Source of the DNA: Epithemia pelagica
Taxonomy: Eukaryota > Protista > Bacillariophyta
Direction of reading: 5' to 3'
Assembly: GCA_946965045.2 (NCBI GenBank)
Contig: OX337228.1
Location: forward strand, 2,666,001-2,730,000
DNA: 64,000 bases
The position numbers were made by a program, and so were the translations under genes. Under the pieces are notes generated by a model. The model searched no databases and was not told the DNA's origin. It saw nothing but the letters and a program-made list of their open reading frames with translations. Below are positions 36,207-48,618 of the stretch, piece by piece. How positions within the stretch are numbered: the stretch's first letter is position 1; each line of letters begins with the position of its first letter.

Positions 36207-36756
36207 GATGATGGTGTTCGATCAGAGTCCTCACTTGTCTTTCATAGAACATCAAAATTCCAATCTTGGACGAGAGAATGGATGAGCGGAGTGATGGGAG
36301 ATGGGAGGGAGTGCGATGATGATGAGCCTGATGATCCTGATGACATACGACATGAAAGATCCAACCACATAAAGTGCGACAGACAGTGATCATCCCGCAG
36401 AGAGATCTCAAGGAATACGTAATACTCTTAGTATGAATAATTGTGTACTCGCTCAAACGTGGGTGGATAATACTCTCAAGAGTTCTAATCCATAGTCTTT
36501 CTCTAAATCCCTTCCTAAAGTTTTCCGAAGGGACAACTGGGGTTACTTGAAGGATTTGTGTCCACAGAAAAAATATTTTCGCTATCGCCCGCTACACATC
36601 ATCGTCTTGATACATTTTTGGTGTGTTCTCGTGAAGGGAACCAGCCGCTGTTTTCTTTGTAGTCTATGGCTACCATTGCCTTCATTTGACTCTCTTCCAA
36701 TCCTCTTTCTCATCCATTAAAACGATAAAGAATACTGACATTGCTCGTAACCAACG

Positions 36757-39168
36757 ATGAAGTTTTCAATTGGAGTGCTTGTCGCATTGAGTGCGGCGCC
36801 GTCTATCGAGGCGTTTGTCCCCCAAACGGCATTGATTAGATCGAAAAGGGAAGCAGATCTTGTTCCGGAGCTTCGTGGTTTGGAATCTTTTGTACCGAAA
36901 GAACGAGGATGGGGCCTCACGAGACGACATGTGAGCATTTCCGATTTCTCTCAAACAGTTACGAGCTCTGGAGGAATGGGCGATGCGTTCGATGAAGAAC
37001 TAGCAAAGCTCGCTGCGATTGAAACCCGAGCTGCTGCTGGGGCCTACATGGCGCAGTTTGCGAACCAGTCTGGTGCTTCAATCATTTATTCTAAACTTCA
37101 AGAAAATGGGGTCACGGTTGTCAATGGATTTTCTGGTGGTGCTGTTCTCCCTCTCTTGGACGAATTCCATCCTACTCATCCACGCCATGCAAGAACGGGC
37201 CTTGAACCAATTCGCTGGATTACCAACTCCAACGAAGGATCGTCAGGTTACATTGGGGAGGGCTACGCCAAGTCTCAACCGATCAATGAGCCTCACAAGC
37301 CTGTGGGAGTTGTGGTGGCTACTTCCGGTCCAGGTGTAACGAACCTTATCACCCCCTTGCAGGATGCCATTTGTGATGGTGTTCCGATGGTGGTTCTTTG
37401 TGGTCAAGCTGCCACAACCGCTCCAAAAGATGCCTTCCAATCGGCTCCTGCCGTTGATCTCACCCGACCGTGCACAAAGTGGAGTTATCAGATTAAAAGT
37501 GCCGTGGAACTTCCTCTTGTGATGGACTACGCCTTTCATGTTGCTCGGAATGGTCGGCCTGGTCCAGTCTTTATCGATCTTCCAAAGGATCTGCAAAATC
37601 AGATTCTTACGACCGAAATGATTGATAATTTCATTGATGCTGAGAATCCTGGTGATGAAAACTCGTTCGCCCGTCTTGTCAAGAAACGTCGCGCTCGTGG
37701 GGAAATCTACCAAGCATTGCTCTTGGGTACAGAGGGTAAAGGACTTGCATTTGAAATATACAAGGACCCTTCAAACTTCTACAAAATCAAACCGGTTTCT
37801 GACGGGGAGGATGGGGATCTTCATCATGCTGACCACAATCCAGGACATCATATTTATGAATCCAGAGACAGTGGCATTGATGGACACCATACTGAATTGA
37901 GAGGAGATTTGGCCGTTGATGGCGAGCTTACCCAGGAAATTGTGGGCTTGATTCAACAGGCAAAGAAACCTGTCATCATTGCCGGACAGGGAAGTAATGA
38001 TTCACAAGAGGAACTTTTAGCCTTTGCCGAACGTCTGCAAATCCCTGTCACGACTACGTTGCATGGAATGGGATGCTTTGACGAACGAAATCCACTGGCT
38101 CTCAACATGATGGGAATGCATGGACATGCAACGCCCAACTTCATGGTACAAGAGGCGGATCTGATTATCAACATTGGTTCTCGGTTTGATGATCGGATTA
38201 CAGGTCGAATGAGCGAGTTTATTAGTGAAGCCAAAAAGGCGGCCGAGGAGGAACGCGGTGGAATTATTCATGTTGATATTCGTTTGACCGAACGAAACAA
38301 ACAGCTAAAGCCAACATACTTTGTGCACTCAACAGTTAAGAGGTTCTTACAAACCATGAACGCAGCTTTGGAATCGAGAGAAATAAAGCCAACCACTGCA
38401 GCATGGTTGGAACGTAAAGCTTCACTGGAAAAAGAATACCCCGTGTTCATACCTCAATACAAGACCGAGACAATCCAGGGACAAGACGCAAGTGGGAATA
38501 CGCTGACGTTGTCGCGAACCCCAATGTGCGCACAAAGCGTGGTCCAAGAGATGAACAGGCAGTTGACGCTATCAGGAAAAATCGATGAGTGTATTTTTTC
38601 AACAGGAGTTGGAATTCATCAAATGGTTACCGCACAGCTTATTACCTGGACGCAACCAAGACAGATGCTCAGCAGTGGATCCCTGGGGACGATGGGTGTG
38701 GCATTGGGATACTGTATCGGAGGAAAACTGGCAAATCCCACTAAATGCGTGATCGCTGTCGATGGTGACGGATCGTTCAACATGACATGTACCGAGCTCA
38801 AAACCGTGGCAGAGGAAAAGATACCAATCAAAATCATGATTCTGGACAATGATGGGCAAATGATGGTTGAGTATTGGCAACGACTGTTCCATAAGAACCG
38901 TCTGATTGCTGTGAGAAACTCACAAAACCCGGATTACTCGAAACTCGCCGAGGCTTATGGTGTAAAAGCTGTATACTGCGACTGCATGGAGGATTTGGAA
39001 GCGAAAATGAAAGAGTTTCTCTTTGATGACCCAGAAGAACCGGTGGTGTTCCACGTCCGCATCAAGCGAACTCCTTGTCTCCCAATGGTAGCACCAGGCC
39101 AACCGTTGGACGACATGATTTTGGAGGATGTAGCGGTGGATACCGACGGTATGGAAGCCCCTAGCTAA
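36757..39168 (+). CDS. ALS: Acetolactate synthase (AHAS) catalytic subunit, plastid-targeted
   Basis: ATSGPGVTN, RPGPVFIDLPKD, GSRFDDRITG, SSGSLGTMG and the ThDP motif GDGSFNM...NDG. Signal peptide ending IEA-FVP. Confidence 0.95.
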   Translation: MKFSIGVLVALSAAPSIEAFVPQTALIRSKREADLVPELRGLESFVPKERGWGLTRRHVSISDFSQTVTSSGGMGDAFDEELAKLAAIETRAAAGAYMAQFANQSGASIIYSKLQENGVTVVNGFSGGAVLPLLDEFHPTHPRHARTGLEPIRWITNSNEGSSGYIGEGYAKSQPINEPHKPVGVVVATSGPGVTNLITPLQDAICDGVPMVVLCGQAATTAPKDAFQSAPAVDLTRPCTKWSYQIKSAVELPLVMDYAFHVARNGRPGPVFIDLPKDLQNQILTTEMIDNFIDAENPGDENSFARLVKKRRARGEIYQALLLGTEGKGLAFEIYKDPSNFYKIKPVSDGEDGDLHHADHNPGHHIYESRDSGIDGHHTELRGDLAVDGELTQEIVGLIQQAKKPVIIAGQGSNDSQEELLAFAERLQIPVTTTLHGMGCFDERNPLALNMMGMHGHATPNFMVQEADLIINIGSRFDDRITGRMSEFISEAKKAAEEERGGIIHVDIRLTERNKQLKPTYFVHSTVKRFLQTMNAALESREIKPTTAAWLERKASLEKEYPVFIPQYKTETIQGQDASGNTLTLSRTPMCAQSVVQEMNRQLTLSGKIDECIFSTGVGIHQMVTAQLITWTQPRQMLSSGSLGTMGVALGYCIGGKLANPTKCVIAVDGDGSFNMTCTELKTVAEEKIPIKIMILDNDGQMMVEYWQRLFHKNRLIAVRNSQNPDYSKLAEAYGVKAVYCDCMEDLEAKMKEFLFDDPEEPVVFHVRIKRTPCLPMVAPGQPLDDMILEDVAVDTDGMEAPS

Positions 39169-39614
39169 AAGGGAGATGAAACTCAGCCTGATGCTACGAA
39201 ATCATGGCCTTTTGTATTCAGCTCTTCCCCCACACATATATTAGGACTACTTAGGAATTAAAGATTGATCCATTAACATAGTTTTTCATTAAGGGAGGCT
39301 CATATTTCCCTCATATTCTTTGCCACAATATTCATCCCCTTTCCGTTTCGGTGTATAAGGTGGAAATGGCGATAGTCCACAGAGTCTTTGAGGATGAGAC
39401 GCCTCCAAAAGGGTAGATTTATGTAAGCGGCTAGCCGACGTCTGTCTTCGTCAGGATTCGATCCCAAAAAATCGTCCACGCACATCGTTCCCCTTCTGTT
39501 TGGTCTCATTTTTTGGGATCATTGCCTTCCCTCTTTCTTGGAGCAACGTTGGACAGAAACCTTATAAAACATTAGGAATTTTGCCTTGCCTAAAGAGACG
39601 AAGAATTAGCAACC

Positions 39615-41362
39615 ATGTCGATGGTCTACGGTATGTGAGCGTCAGAAGAGGGGAAAGTTCGGGTTGTGGTTCCGTGCCTTTACTTGATTTTTGCTCACCC
39701 TTCTCACTTCTACACTACAAATGCACAGATGAGTACGGTCGGCCGTTCATTATTTTGAAAGAGCAGCAGGCGAAGTCACGCGTAAAAGGCGCAGAGGCTA
39801 CAAAGTCGAACAGTTTGGCAGCTCGCTTAATATCGCGCTTGTTGAGAACGTCCCTGGGACCACGTGGTTTGGATAAAATGCTGGTCAGTCCAGACGGAGA
39901 TGTGACGGTAACAAATGACGGGGCCACGATTCTCCAGCAGCTACAAGTCGACCACCCCGTGGCCAATCTCATGGTTGAGTTGAGTCAGTCGCAAGATGAC
40001 GAAATCGGAGACGGTACGACTGGGGTTGTGGTGTTGGCAGGAGCCTTGTTGGAACAAGCCGAATCCTTGATGAAAAAAGGGATTCACCCTATTCGTATCG
40101 CGGAAGGACTCGAAAAGGCCGCCGCGATCGCTAGTGAAGAATTGGACAAAATTGCTGAAACAATTGACATTCCCACATCCGCCACCGATGGACAAGAGAA
40201 AAAAGAGCTTTTGATTTCCACCGCAATGACCACATTGAGCAGCAAGATATTGACCAGTCAGAAACGAAAAATGGCTGAAATTGCTGTCGGCGCCGTCCTT
40301 AAAGTTGTCGATTGGGAACGAAAAGATGTCAACTTTGAGCACATTCGTGTGGAAGGAAAGACAGGCGGAAGTTTGCAAGACGCTGAACTAGTGGATGGCA
40401 TTGTGATCGACAAGGAAATGTCGCACCCTCAAATGGCCAAGGATATAACCGATGCGAAACTGTGCATCTTGACTTGTCCGTTTGAGCCACCGAAGCCCAA
40501 AACCAAACACAAGTTGGACATTACTAGTCCAGAGGCGTATCAGGCGCTATATGAACAAGAACAAGAATATTTCCGCGACATGGTAAGCAAGGTCAAAGAA
40601 AGTGGAGCCAATCTTGTTATTTGTCAGTGGGGGTTTGACGACGAGGCCAATCACTTGCTTTTGCAAAACAAACTTCCTGCGGTGAGATGGGTGGGTGGTG
40701 TAGAAATTGAACACATTGCCATGGCCACTGGCGGCCGCATTGTAGCGCGCTTCCAAGACTTGTCCGCGGAAAAGTTGGGAAAAGCTGCTCGGGTTCGAGA
40801 GATCTCTTTTGGAACAACCAAGGGTGAACGGATGATTGTACTGGAGCATCCTCAAAACACTACAGCTGTCACCGTACTGGTACGTGGTGGCAATAGCATG
40901 ATTGTCGAAGAAGCGAAACGATCACTTCACGATGCCATGTGTGTCGTTCGAAATCTCATTCGAGACAATCGCGTTGTCTATGGCGGAGGATCGGCCGAGA
41001 TTGCCTGTGCCTTGGCGGTCAACAAACATGCCGACACGGTGGCCGGTGTTGACCAATACGCCATTCGTGCCTTTGCCAACGCGTTGGACGATATTCCCTT
41101 GGCCCTGGCAGAAAACTCGGGTCATTCCCCCATTGAAGAAGTAGCAGCAGCCAAATCACGACAAGTAAAGGAAAACAACCCTTTTATCGGACTTGGTGTT
41201 GATCAAGAGGCCAACGCCGATGGACACCATTCAACCGATATGCGCAAGCTTGGCGTGTTTGAGACTCTGATTGGAAAACAGCAACAGCTACAACTTGCTG
41301 CGCAAGTGGTGAAGATGATTCTGAAAATTGATGATGTGATAACGGGAGGACAATATTCGTAA
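39615..41362 (+). CDS. CCT5: T-complex protein 1 subunit epsilon (2 exons: 39615-39630, 39729-41362)
   Basis: [18 protein letters not shown] start after splicing. [27 protein letters not shown] and DKEMSHPQM; [15 protein letters not shown] is CCT5-specific. Confidence 0.95.
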
Positions 41363-41833
41363 CCGGTCTAGAAATAATAGAACCGAACTTTCGATTTTAT
41401 GGATCATTGTCTTTGTCTATCGCGTAGTCGAGTAATGGTTGTGATTGCGTCGTGGCTGGACAAAAGCAGTGTTGAGTGATCCTAGTTTCGTTCACTCGCG
41501 AAGCATCGTTTCCTGGAAATGGCCAGAAGATGGCAACCGTCGCGACGGACACTGCCGCGATACACACGTAACTGAAAGACAAGAATGTATTGTTGTTTCT
41601 ATTGTTGGAATTGTATCAGAAGTGCTTTTGACCTGTAACTGTTTAGTCTAACTTTATCCAAACTAGTATAACACAACACAAAGTTTATCCAACACAATCT
41701 TTGAATCGACAATCCACAGTCATTGGTAACGACGAGCCCCTCAGTGAGTGGTTTCACGCCATGCAATGGGGAATATTCCACAGGCTCCTTTTGTTTCCTA
41801 TTCCTAGGATTCGTCGGGGAACTGTGGAGTTTG

Positions 41834-43105
41834 CTAACTCAAGCTAGCCTCATATCCCAAAAACAACAGGGCATGAGCGGGTGCCGCTCGTGTGAGGAGA
41901 CATCTCCAAGTGGCCGCGGAGGAGGTGGCAGCAGCAGAAGCAAAAGGAGAACTGTCAACGGTGGCCGCCGAAAGCAAGAATCGACGAGATGGAGCAGTGC
42001 AAGTGCCGAGGTTTCGTACAAGTTCGGACAAACTTCCTGCCATGGCGCCGGCCACGGCAATGGCCACGACATTGTTGTTGTGTCCATCATTGTTCTCATC
42101 CGCATCGCTTGGACGTCGTCCAACAATGGCACTTTTTAACAATCGATACGATCCAAAGTAGAGAATGGCTGCCACAACTTCTGTTCCCATCATGGCATGT
42201 CCGCCAGGACGGACAAGACCTACAGTGGCTCCAGCGACACCTGATGCGACGAGGGAGGCCCAGGAGACCGTTTCGGATGGCAGTCGTCGTCCGTGGGCAT
42301 CCGCCATTTTACGATGAAGGTGATGTTCCACCAAGGCTTGTGTGCCGAAAAGCACAAAGAATGGAGCCATGGAGGGACTCAACATGGAGTTTGACTGACT
42401 GGGTGACACCATGAACCCGTTTCGAGAAAGCATGTATGGCAAAGGTCGACTGGCGGAACCCTGCAATGTCGTTTGTGCCATGTTGTCATGGGTCAAGGTG
42501 TGACCCAGTTTGGGTAGTAAAATGGCCAGTGCCGACCCATCGTGTCAAAGGAGGGGAGCAGTCGTTGAAGGAGGAGAGATGGTGGAAGCGCGTCGAAACC
42601 ACTCCTTCCATGGACTCGGCGTCGTCATTCCTTGCCAACGACGACCACCACTGGACAGCAATGCCCAGTCGGCCAACGCAGCTCCCACAGCGGCCGAGAG
42701 AGCAATGGTCCAGGCATTGTTTGGATGGGTCTTCGCAACGTGTTGATGCCTTGTTGGGAGGGATGCAGACGACGCAAAGTTGGTGTGGTAGGTTTGGAAG
42801 ACGGTCGTGTCGTCGCTCTACAACGGCATGTTGGTGGTGGGTTGGTCGGCTGAGGAGGTGCGGGCAAGAGCGGAGGTGGCCACTGCCTTTTGCGAGGCAA
42901 CCACGTTTTCTGCAGGCGGTAGGAAGGACTGTGTTCCAGGGAGTTGTGCCAAGACTCGTATTACGGCGGGGCGACGGTCCTGAGCATTTTGCAGGGTCTT
43001 GACACGTCGTGCCTCATGGCGATTGTAAATGGTCGATCTCGTCCAGAAGGATTGCAACCGTGATGGTTGTGACTGTGTTGCTGGTTCTTGGAACGTTGTC
43101 ATCAT
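41834..43105 (-). pseudogene. Degenerate mitochondrial-carrier (SLC25)-like reading frame interrupted by two in-frame stops
   Basis: One frame of 424 codons from ATG 43105 with internal TAG (42820-42818) and TGA (42547-42545). C-terminal RAAPAHALLFLGYE, LYFGSYRLLK and AVAGAMAG resemble carrier helices. An unrecognised intron is not excluded. Confidence 0.5.
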
Positions 43106-43888
43106 GATTCGTTTGGTTTTATGTGATCGATCTTGTTCGATCTTGGTGTCACTGCAGGGAATGGTGGTGATGGGTTATGGTCGAACTGGTTCTCTTCCTC
43201 AATTGCAAACTGCCCGAAGTTGATCTGTCAATCCCATTCTTCGAGAGTGCTCCTTGCTCCTTGCCATCACCCACATCTTTCCAGATTTTTGCGAACATGA
43301 CACATGACTCTTTGTACTGTCTGACTGTGACTGGATAAAGAAGGATGAGACATCTGTTCGCTTTGTCCCCAAAAAAGACACGACACCCCATGCCCATGCC
43401 CCTGGGCGGTTCTCGATTTTCGAATCCCGCACCCCGCACATCATTTTTTCTTGAGTCGCGGATCTCCCTGCGCGGCCAAAGGGAGACTTTAAAAATTCAA
43501 ACAAATAATGCGACAAACAGTGGCATCAAGTTTTCTCCCCCACCGACACTGATGATGATAGAATTGATGATGCATCAACATCAATCGACCGAACTCTTGG
43601 GTGCAACCGAACGAATTCTGATGGGGCATTTGCAACCAACAAAAAAGTTCTGCCATCATCATCCCCTTGCTCTGATTTTCGGGTGATGATGTGCCGATGC
43701 CAAGCCATCACAAAACACGTCAATCCATGTTTAGAGACCATCCTTGCTTTCAACAGTGTTTCTACAAGAGATTCCTTTTGGATTAATTGAGTGGCGTCTC
43801 TTCCCGTCCAAAGAAATCCCATTCATTCATTTAAACGTCTGGTCCAGGTTTTGCAAGCTCCTCGTTGAAATAATTTTGTCTTGAAAGT

Positions 43889-44903
43889 ATGAAAGTGTTT
43901 TACCCTCTTCATTTCCTCCCTCTGTCTCTCTTTCTGAACAGCATTGTTGTTTGTCAAGGCTACCTGGCACAGCCATCAAGTCACCCCAACTTGAAGCAGT
44001 TTGCCCAGGCTCAATTGGGTAAATTGATGGACATTCGCTTTGTCGTACAATCCAAGGCTCAAACTGCGGCCACCAACCGCAATACCAACAAAAGCAATGA
44101 CAGCAATAACTTTGCCTTGCAAGGTCCGCTGGTTCGATTTGTCGATCAAGTCCGGGGTAACATTTTAAAGGCCATGCCAGTGGCCAATGGTCCCAATCGT
44201 CGCTTGTCATCTGGTGTCAAGTCCTTGGATATTGTCAAGGATGGCTTTGTCGCTGACATGAATGGTATGAAAACCATTTCCTTTCAAAATGGAAGCTGGG
44301 AAATGGCCTGGAAACAAGGTCAGAGATCTGGATCTCTTATCTGTGCCTTTGATTTGCCCCAACACGTAAGGAACACTTTCTGTAGGCTCCTCAATGGCTC
44401 GAAAACAGCAAACCTCTCATGGGTGCTTTTCTCTTGTTGAACAGGTGTCTCGGAATCATGCTTCACTTCCTGCCTGTCATGTGTTTACGCAGTTTTTGGT
44501 ATGGACCCAGGAGGGACTGGCCGAGGACCAAGCCTTTGGACGTTCCATGCAAGAACAAATTCGTCAAGCCGAACAGGACAAACTCGATGCACGAATCAAG
44601 TATATGGAAACGACCAATCCCATTACCAAGGCCAAGTACGTACGCGCCATGTATAAGGCCATGGAAAATGTTCACAATTTTCCCAAGTGTGACCATATTC
44701 CCATGGACGATTCCCAACTCGTCCAACTTGACAATGGACTTGTCTTGGCCAAGAGGGGAACCGTCTGGACAACGTCCCGTAAAGCAAGAAGCTTTTCGTT
44801 TTGGGGCAGTCGACCCACTAAGGCTGGATATGCCACCATTAATCTGGTTGACAACCAGGAAGAGGGTGTGGTGAACACAAATAATCCTTCTTTGGCACCC
44901 TAA
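43889..44903 (+). CDS. Hypothetical secreted or plastid-targeted protein (2 exons: 43889-44365, 44445-44903; 311 aa)
   Basis: Signal peptide ending CQG-YL. CAC|GTAAGG...GAACAG|GTG intron joins two track ORFs in frame. Confidence 0.75.
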
Positions 44904-45206
44904 AACCAAAAGAGTTTTTCATGTTATCCAGGCACCTCACGCATTCAAGAAAATATTTGTCATTCTGTTCCTACCATTGTGGTGGACCAAGGACGTTGCC
45001 ATGTTGTATATTCCTAGAATCATATCCCAGAGCCCTATTTTGACTTCTTCAGGCTTCCAGGGGCCCATTCTCTTGCCACACTGTCTAAATCCATTCTCCA
45101 GCCCACAGCCGTTTCTGTATATCTCGCTGCCTTACATGTTCTACTTGCACAAGCACAAGAGCCCAAAGTTGTTCATACTAAATTGCACTAGCCAAGTAGA
45201 CATTAT

Positions 45207-48200
45207 CTAGAGCAAGTCTGTCATCTCCATTTCCTTTCCATTCTTCGCAGCAGATTCAAACGCCGATTTTGAGCCAATGACAGCCACAGACGGGTTCTTG
45301 ATTGATTTCAAGCGGTTAGCGAACTCTCGAAAGTCTTCAGGTGTGGTGCTCAGAACTTGGTTTCTGTAGTTTTGACGGTATTCGGCGCTTTCATTGATCA
45401 GCCATCGTTGATACGCTGTCGCCCCCTTTTGGTCAGGCTGCAAAGCGCCGTCCATGTCCCCAATGGTTCCAATAATAGCCGTCGCCAGGATATCCGGGTC
45501 AGCCTCCATGGCATCGGCAGTCGCCATAACTGCATCCGCCGCGGCATCGTACACATCGAGCGTGTTTTCAAGATTGGGGTCACGATAACTCAAGAATGTC
45601 AAAAATCCAGAAAACGGGGAGAAGGTACAGAACCCACCATATGCACCTCCCATCACACGAACGTGATCCCATAGATAGCTTGTACGCAAGAAGCGTGCAA
45701 CAACGGCCGCCGATCCTGGAATTTCTTCGCCTTCATCGTACAAAAATCCCAACTTTCCGACAAAGTTGACTTGTGTCGGGACGACGAAACCTTCATCAAT
45801 GACTGGAAGAATTTCTTCCATGCGCTTCCTAGCCTCTGGAACCCATGGATGAACCTCTGAGTAGAAATCAATCGGCTTCTCTCCATCGGCTTTACCGGGC
45901 AATTCTTTCAAAAAGCTGTCTACCGAAGGCTGGATCTTCTCCATCACGGCAGAATCACCCGTAATGTCAAGAATCATGGAACCGCGAGCATAGGACTCAT
46001 CTAACAAAATGTTTCGAATATTTTCCAGTCGCTTGCTGAGGGCAGGCCAGTCGTTTTCAGCTTGCTCCAAAAGCTCCTTAAGAGTGTCCAGATATGAGAT
46101 GCCCCCTTGAATTTCGTCAAGGTATCCGGCAACTCGGTAGCGTGCCCTCATTCGAGTGCTAGCCATGGAATGTCCAGCTCCGAGGATACGCGACTCCATG
46201 CGTGATCGGCTCTCTTTCAAGAGCTCAATAACCTTGCTTTGCGAATCGATGTTTGCGTCCGTCAAGATCAAGCGGAAGATGGACAAAAGTTCATCAACCT
46301 TGTCACTGGTGGCCTTGCCTTGTACCACAAGTTTCGTTTGCATATGTTCTCCGGCTGTAGACGCACTTTGCTCAACGCCAGTTGGATGAACAGCTGTTGT
46401 CATCAAGTTTACATCGACTCCACCGGTGTGAGTGCCAATCTTTCGGGAAAGTTCGACCGAGTCAAGATCTCCCGCTCCTGTCTCCGTCATGATCTGTGTA
46501 AACAACGGAAGCAAAGGTCCATCATCGAACGGCACACGAGAGAGATCCACAGCCAAGCTCATCTGCATATATCCAACAAAGAATGTGAGATAAACCCAGA
46601 TGCGATGGGATATCAAAATGATCTCTGTCACTTACGTAGGCAATACCCGAGGTGGAACCCAATTCATGGCGAACCACAGTAACTCCTGAGTCCTTTTCGT
46701 TGTCAGTCACTGCAATGGGAAACTCTGAAGCTTCTTTCTTCAAATCCTCCAGAGTCAAGGACGGAATCGTTGCGCGAGCTTCTGGAGGGTCCTCTGCAGC
46801 CTGCAGTGCCTTCAACTCAGTAGTCTTTTGGATGATATCTTCCAAATCACTGTCGTCCAGTTTACCCTTCAAATCAGCAAGACGGCCCGCTTCTTCCTTG
46901 AGTTTCTCTTCTTCCAATGTTTGCGAGGGCGCCAACTCCACGGTGGAACGATGAGAGTTGTCGACAAGGAACCTTTGTACAGCGTCTTGGAACACCTTAG
47001 ATCCATTCGCGGCAATCTCTTCCTTGAGTTGACGAAGGCTCTCTTCAAATTTGAGCGCTTCAGTTGGTGAGTCCTCATACAGCCACTTGGACATGGAGCC
47101 CAGCATAAACATTAGACCCTTTGGGAATGATCCTGTATTGAACTCTCGCATTTGGAATTCAATGGTATTCAAGGACGCAGTAATGTCATCGGCATCAAAG
47201 CCATCCTTAGCAACCTGCTCCAATGTATCCAAAATAAGCTTTTCCACGTCCTTGGTTTTGTCGCTAGGGACACCCTTTAGTCCGACCGAAAAGGTTGCCT
47301 GCAAGAGCTCATCGCTCAAACCACCACCAGTAATGGCTTCACCGAGCCCACTTTCCAAAAGGGTCTTTCGGAGTTTGGACGACGTTGTCCCCATGAGCAA
47401 ATGGTCCAATACTCCTAGTGTGAGTTCATCGAGGCGTGAAAGCTTTTCATCGTTCAGAAGCCAGTTGACGTTGATCATGTGTGTGGGAGCCTTATCCGTG
47501 TTGCTGCCTACTGGGTAGTATTCAATCTCCGTTTTGGGTTCCTTGTAGGTTTTTGATTGCCATGGCACAAAACTCTTTTCCTTGCTAATGGGAGAAAATT
47601 CAAACTCCCGAAGATACTCATCCACAATTTCGAGACGGTCGTAGACATTGTCGTCTCCACTGAAATAGATACGCGAATTGGCCGGATGGTAAAACCGTTC
47701 GTGGAATTCCACAAACTGCTCAAACGACAAATCGGGAATGACAGTAGGGTCCCCGCCACTGTCCACTCCATAGGTAGTGTCGGGGAAGAGAGACCGCTGC
47801 GAGGCTCGGTTGAGGAGAGAATCGGGGGAAGAGTAGACTCCCTTCATTTCATTGTAGACAACGCCCTTGTAGGTGAGTGGATCCTCTTTGTTTTCCAATT
47901 CCAAATGCCACCCCTCTTGAGCGTGCACGTTCGAGTCTTTGACGGCACGAGGGTGCAGGACGGCGTCCATATACACATTGATGAGATTGTAAAAGTCCTT
48001 GACATTTTGGGAGGCCACGACGTAGCATGTTCGATCGGGGTAGGTAAAGGCATTCAGAAAGGTTTGAAGACTACCTTGCAACAATTGCAAAAATGGATCT
48101 TTGGTGGGATACTTGCGCGATCCACACAGCACACTATGTTCCAAAATGTGTGGGACACCCGTCGAGTCCTCTGGAGGAGTGCGAAAGGTGATACCAAACA

Positions 48201-48618
48201 CTTTATTGTCATCGTCGACCGAGACGGACAAGAGTTCGGCCCCCGATTTTTTGTGACGAAACCAGGTACAGTAAGCACCGTATTCCTCAACGACATCCCG
48301 TTGCACCACTTCAAAGGCGGGGTGAGTAACTTCCAATGTCTTGGCCAGATCCGTCGTTGTCAGGGACGCAGCATCGCTGGGCACCGTGGCCGACAAAACC
48401 GATGATGCCTGACGCACAGCGTGTCCTACTCGTTGCGACCACCGAGAGGGTCTCGCAAAAGGACCCACCATTGAATTGGTTCGTGACGTAGAATCTACGG
48501 ATGAAGACAAGAATGGAAGACGAGCTGCCGAGACCAATCCTCGAGACGACTTCGAGGCCGACGAAATAACGGTAAAGGCTGTCACCATGCCCACTTTTTG
48601 CTTACTCAATACAGCCAT
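45207..48618 (-). CDS. PREP: Presequence protease (pitrilysin-like, M16C) (2 exons: 48618-46636, 46562-45207; ~1112 aa)
   Basis: Inverted zinc motif HILEH in TGVPHILEHSVLCGSRKYP, FLNAFTYPDRTCY, GVVYNEMKG and VRVMGGAYGG..SYRDPN. In-frame intron 46635-46563. The exact start codon is uncertain. Confidence 0.93.

Noticed and set aside
32251-39168. Branched-chain amino acid gene cluster (HMGCL + ALS)
   Set aside because: Opposite pathways in different compartments, separated by unrelated genes. Proximity is expected by chance in a compact genome.
248-48405. Many long antisense or alternate-frame ORFs (e.g. 315-1007, 16314-17057, 47557-48405)
   Set aside because: They lie wholly within well-supported genes and have no motifs. 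They are typical shadow ORFs of codon-biased coding DNA.
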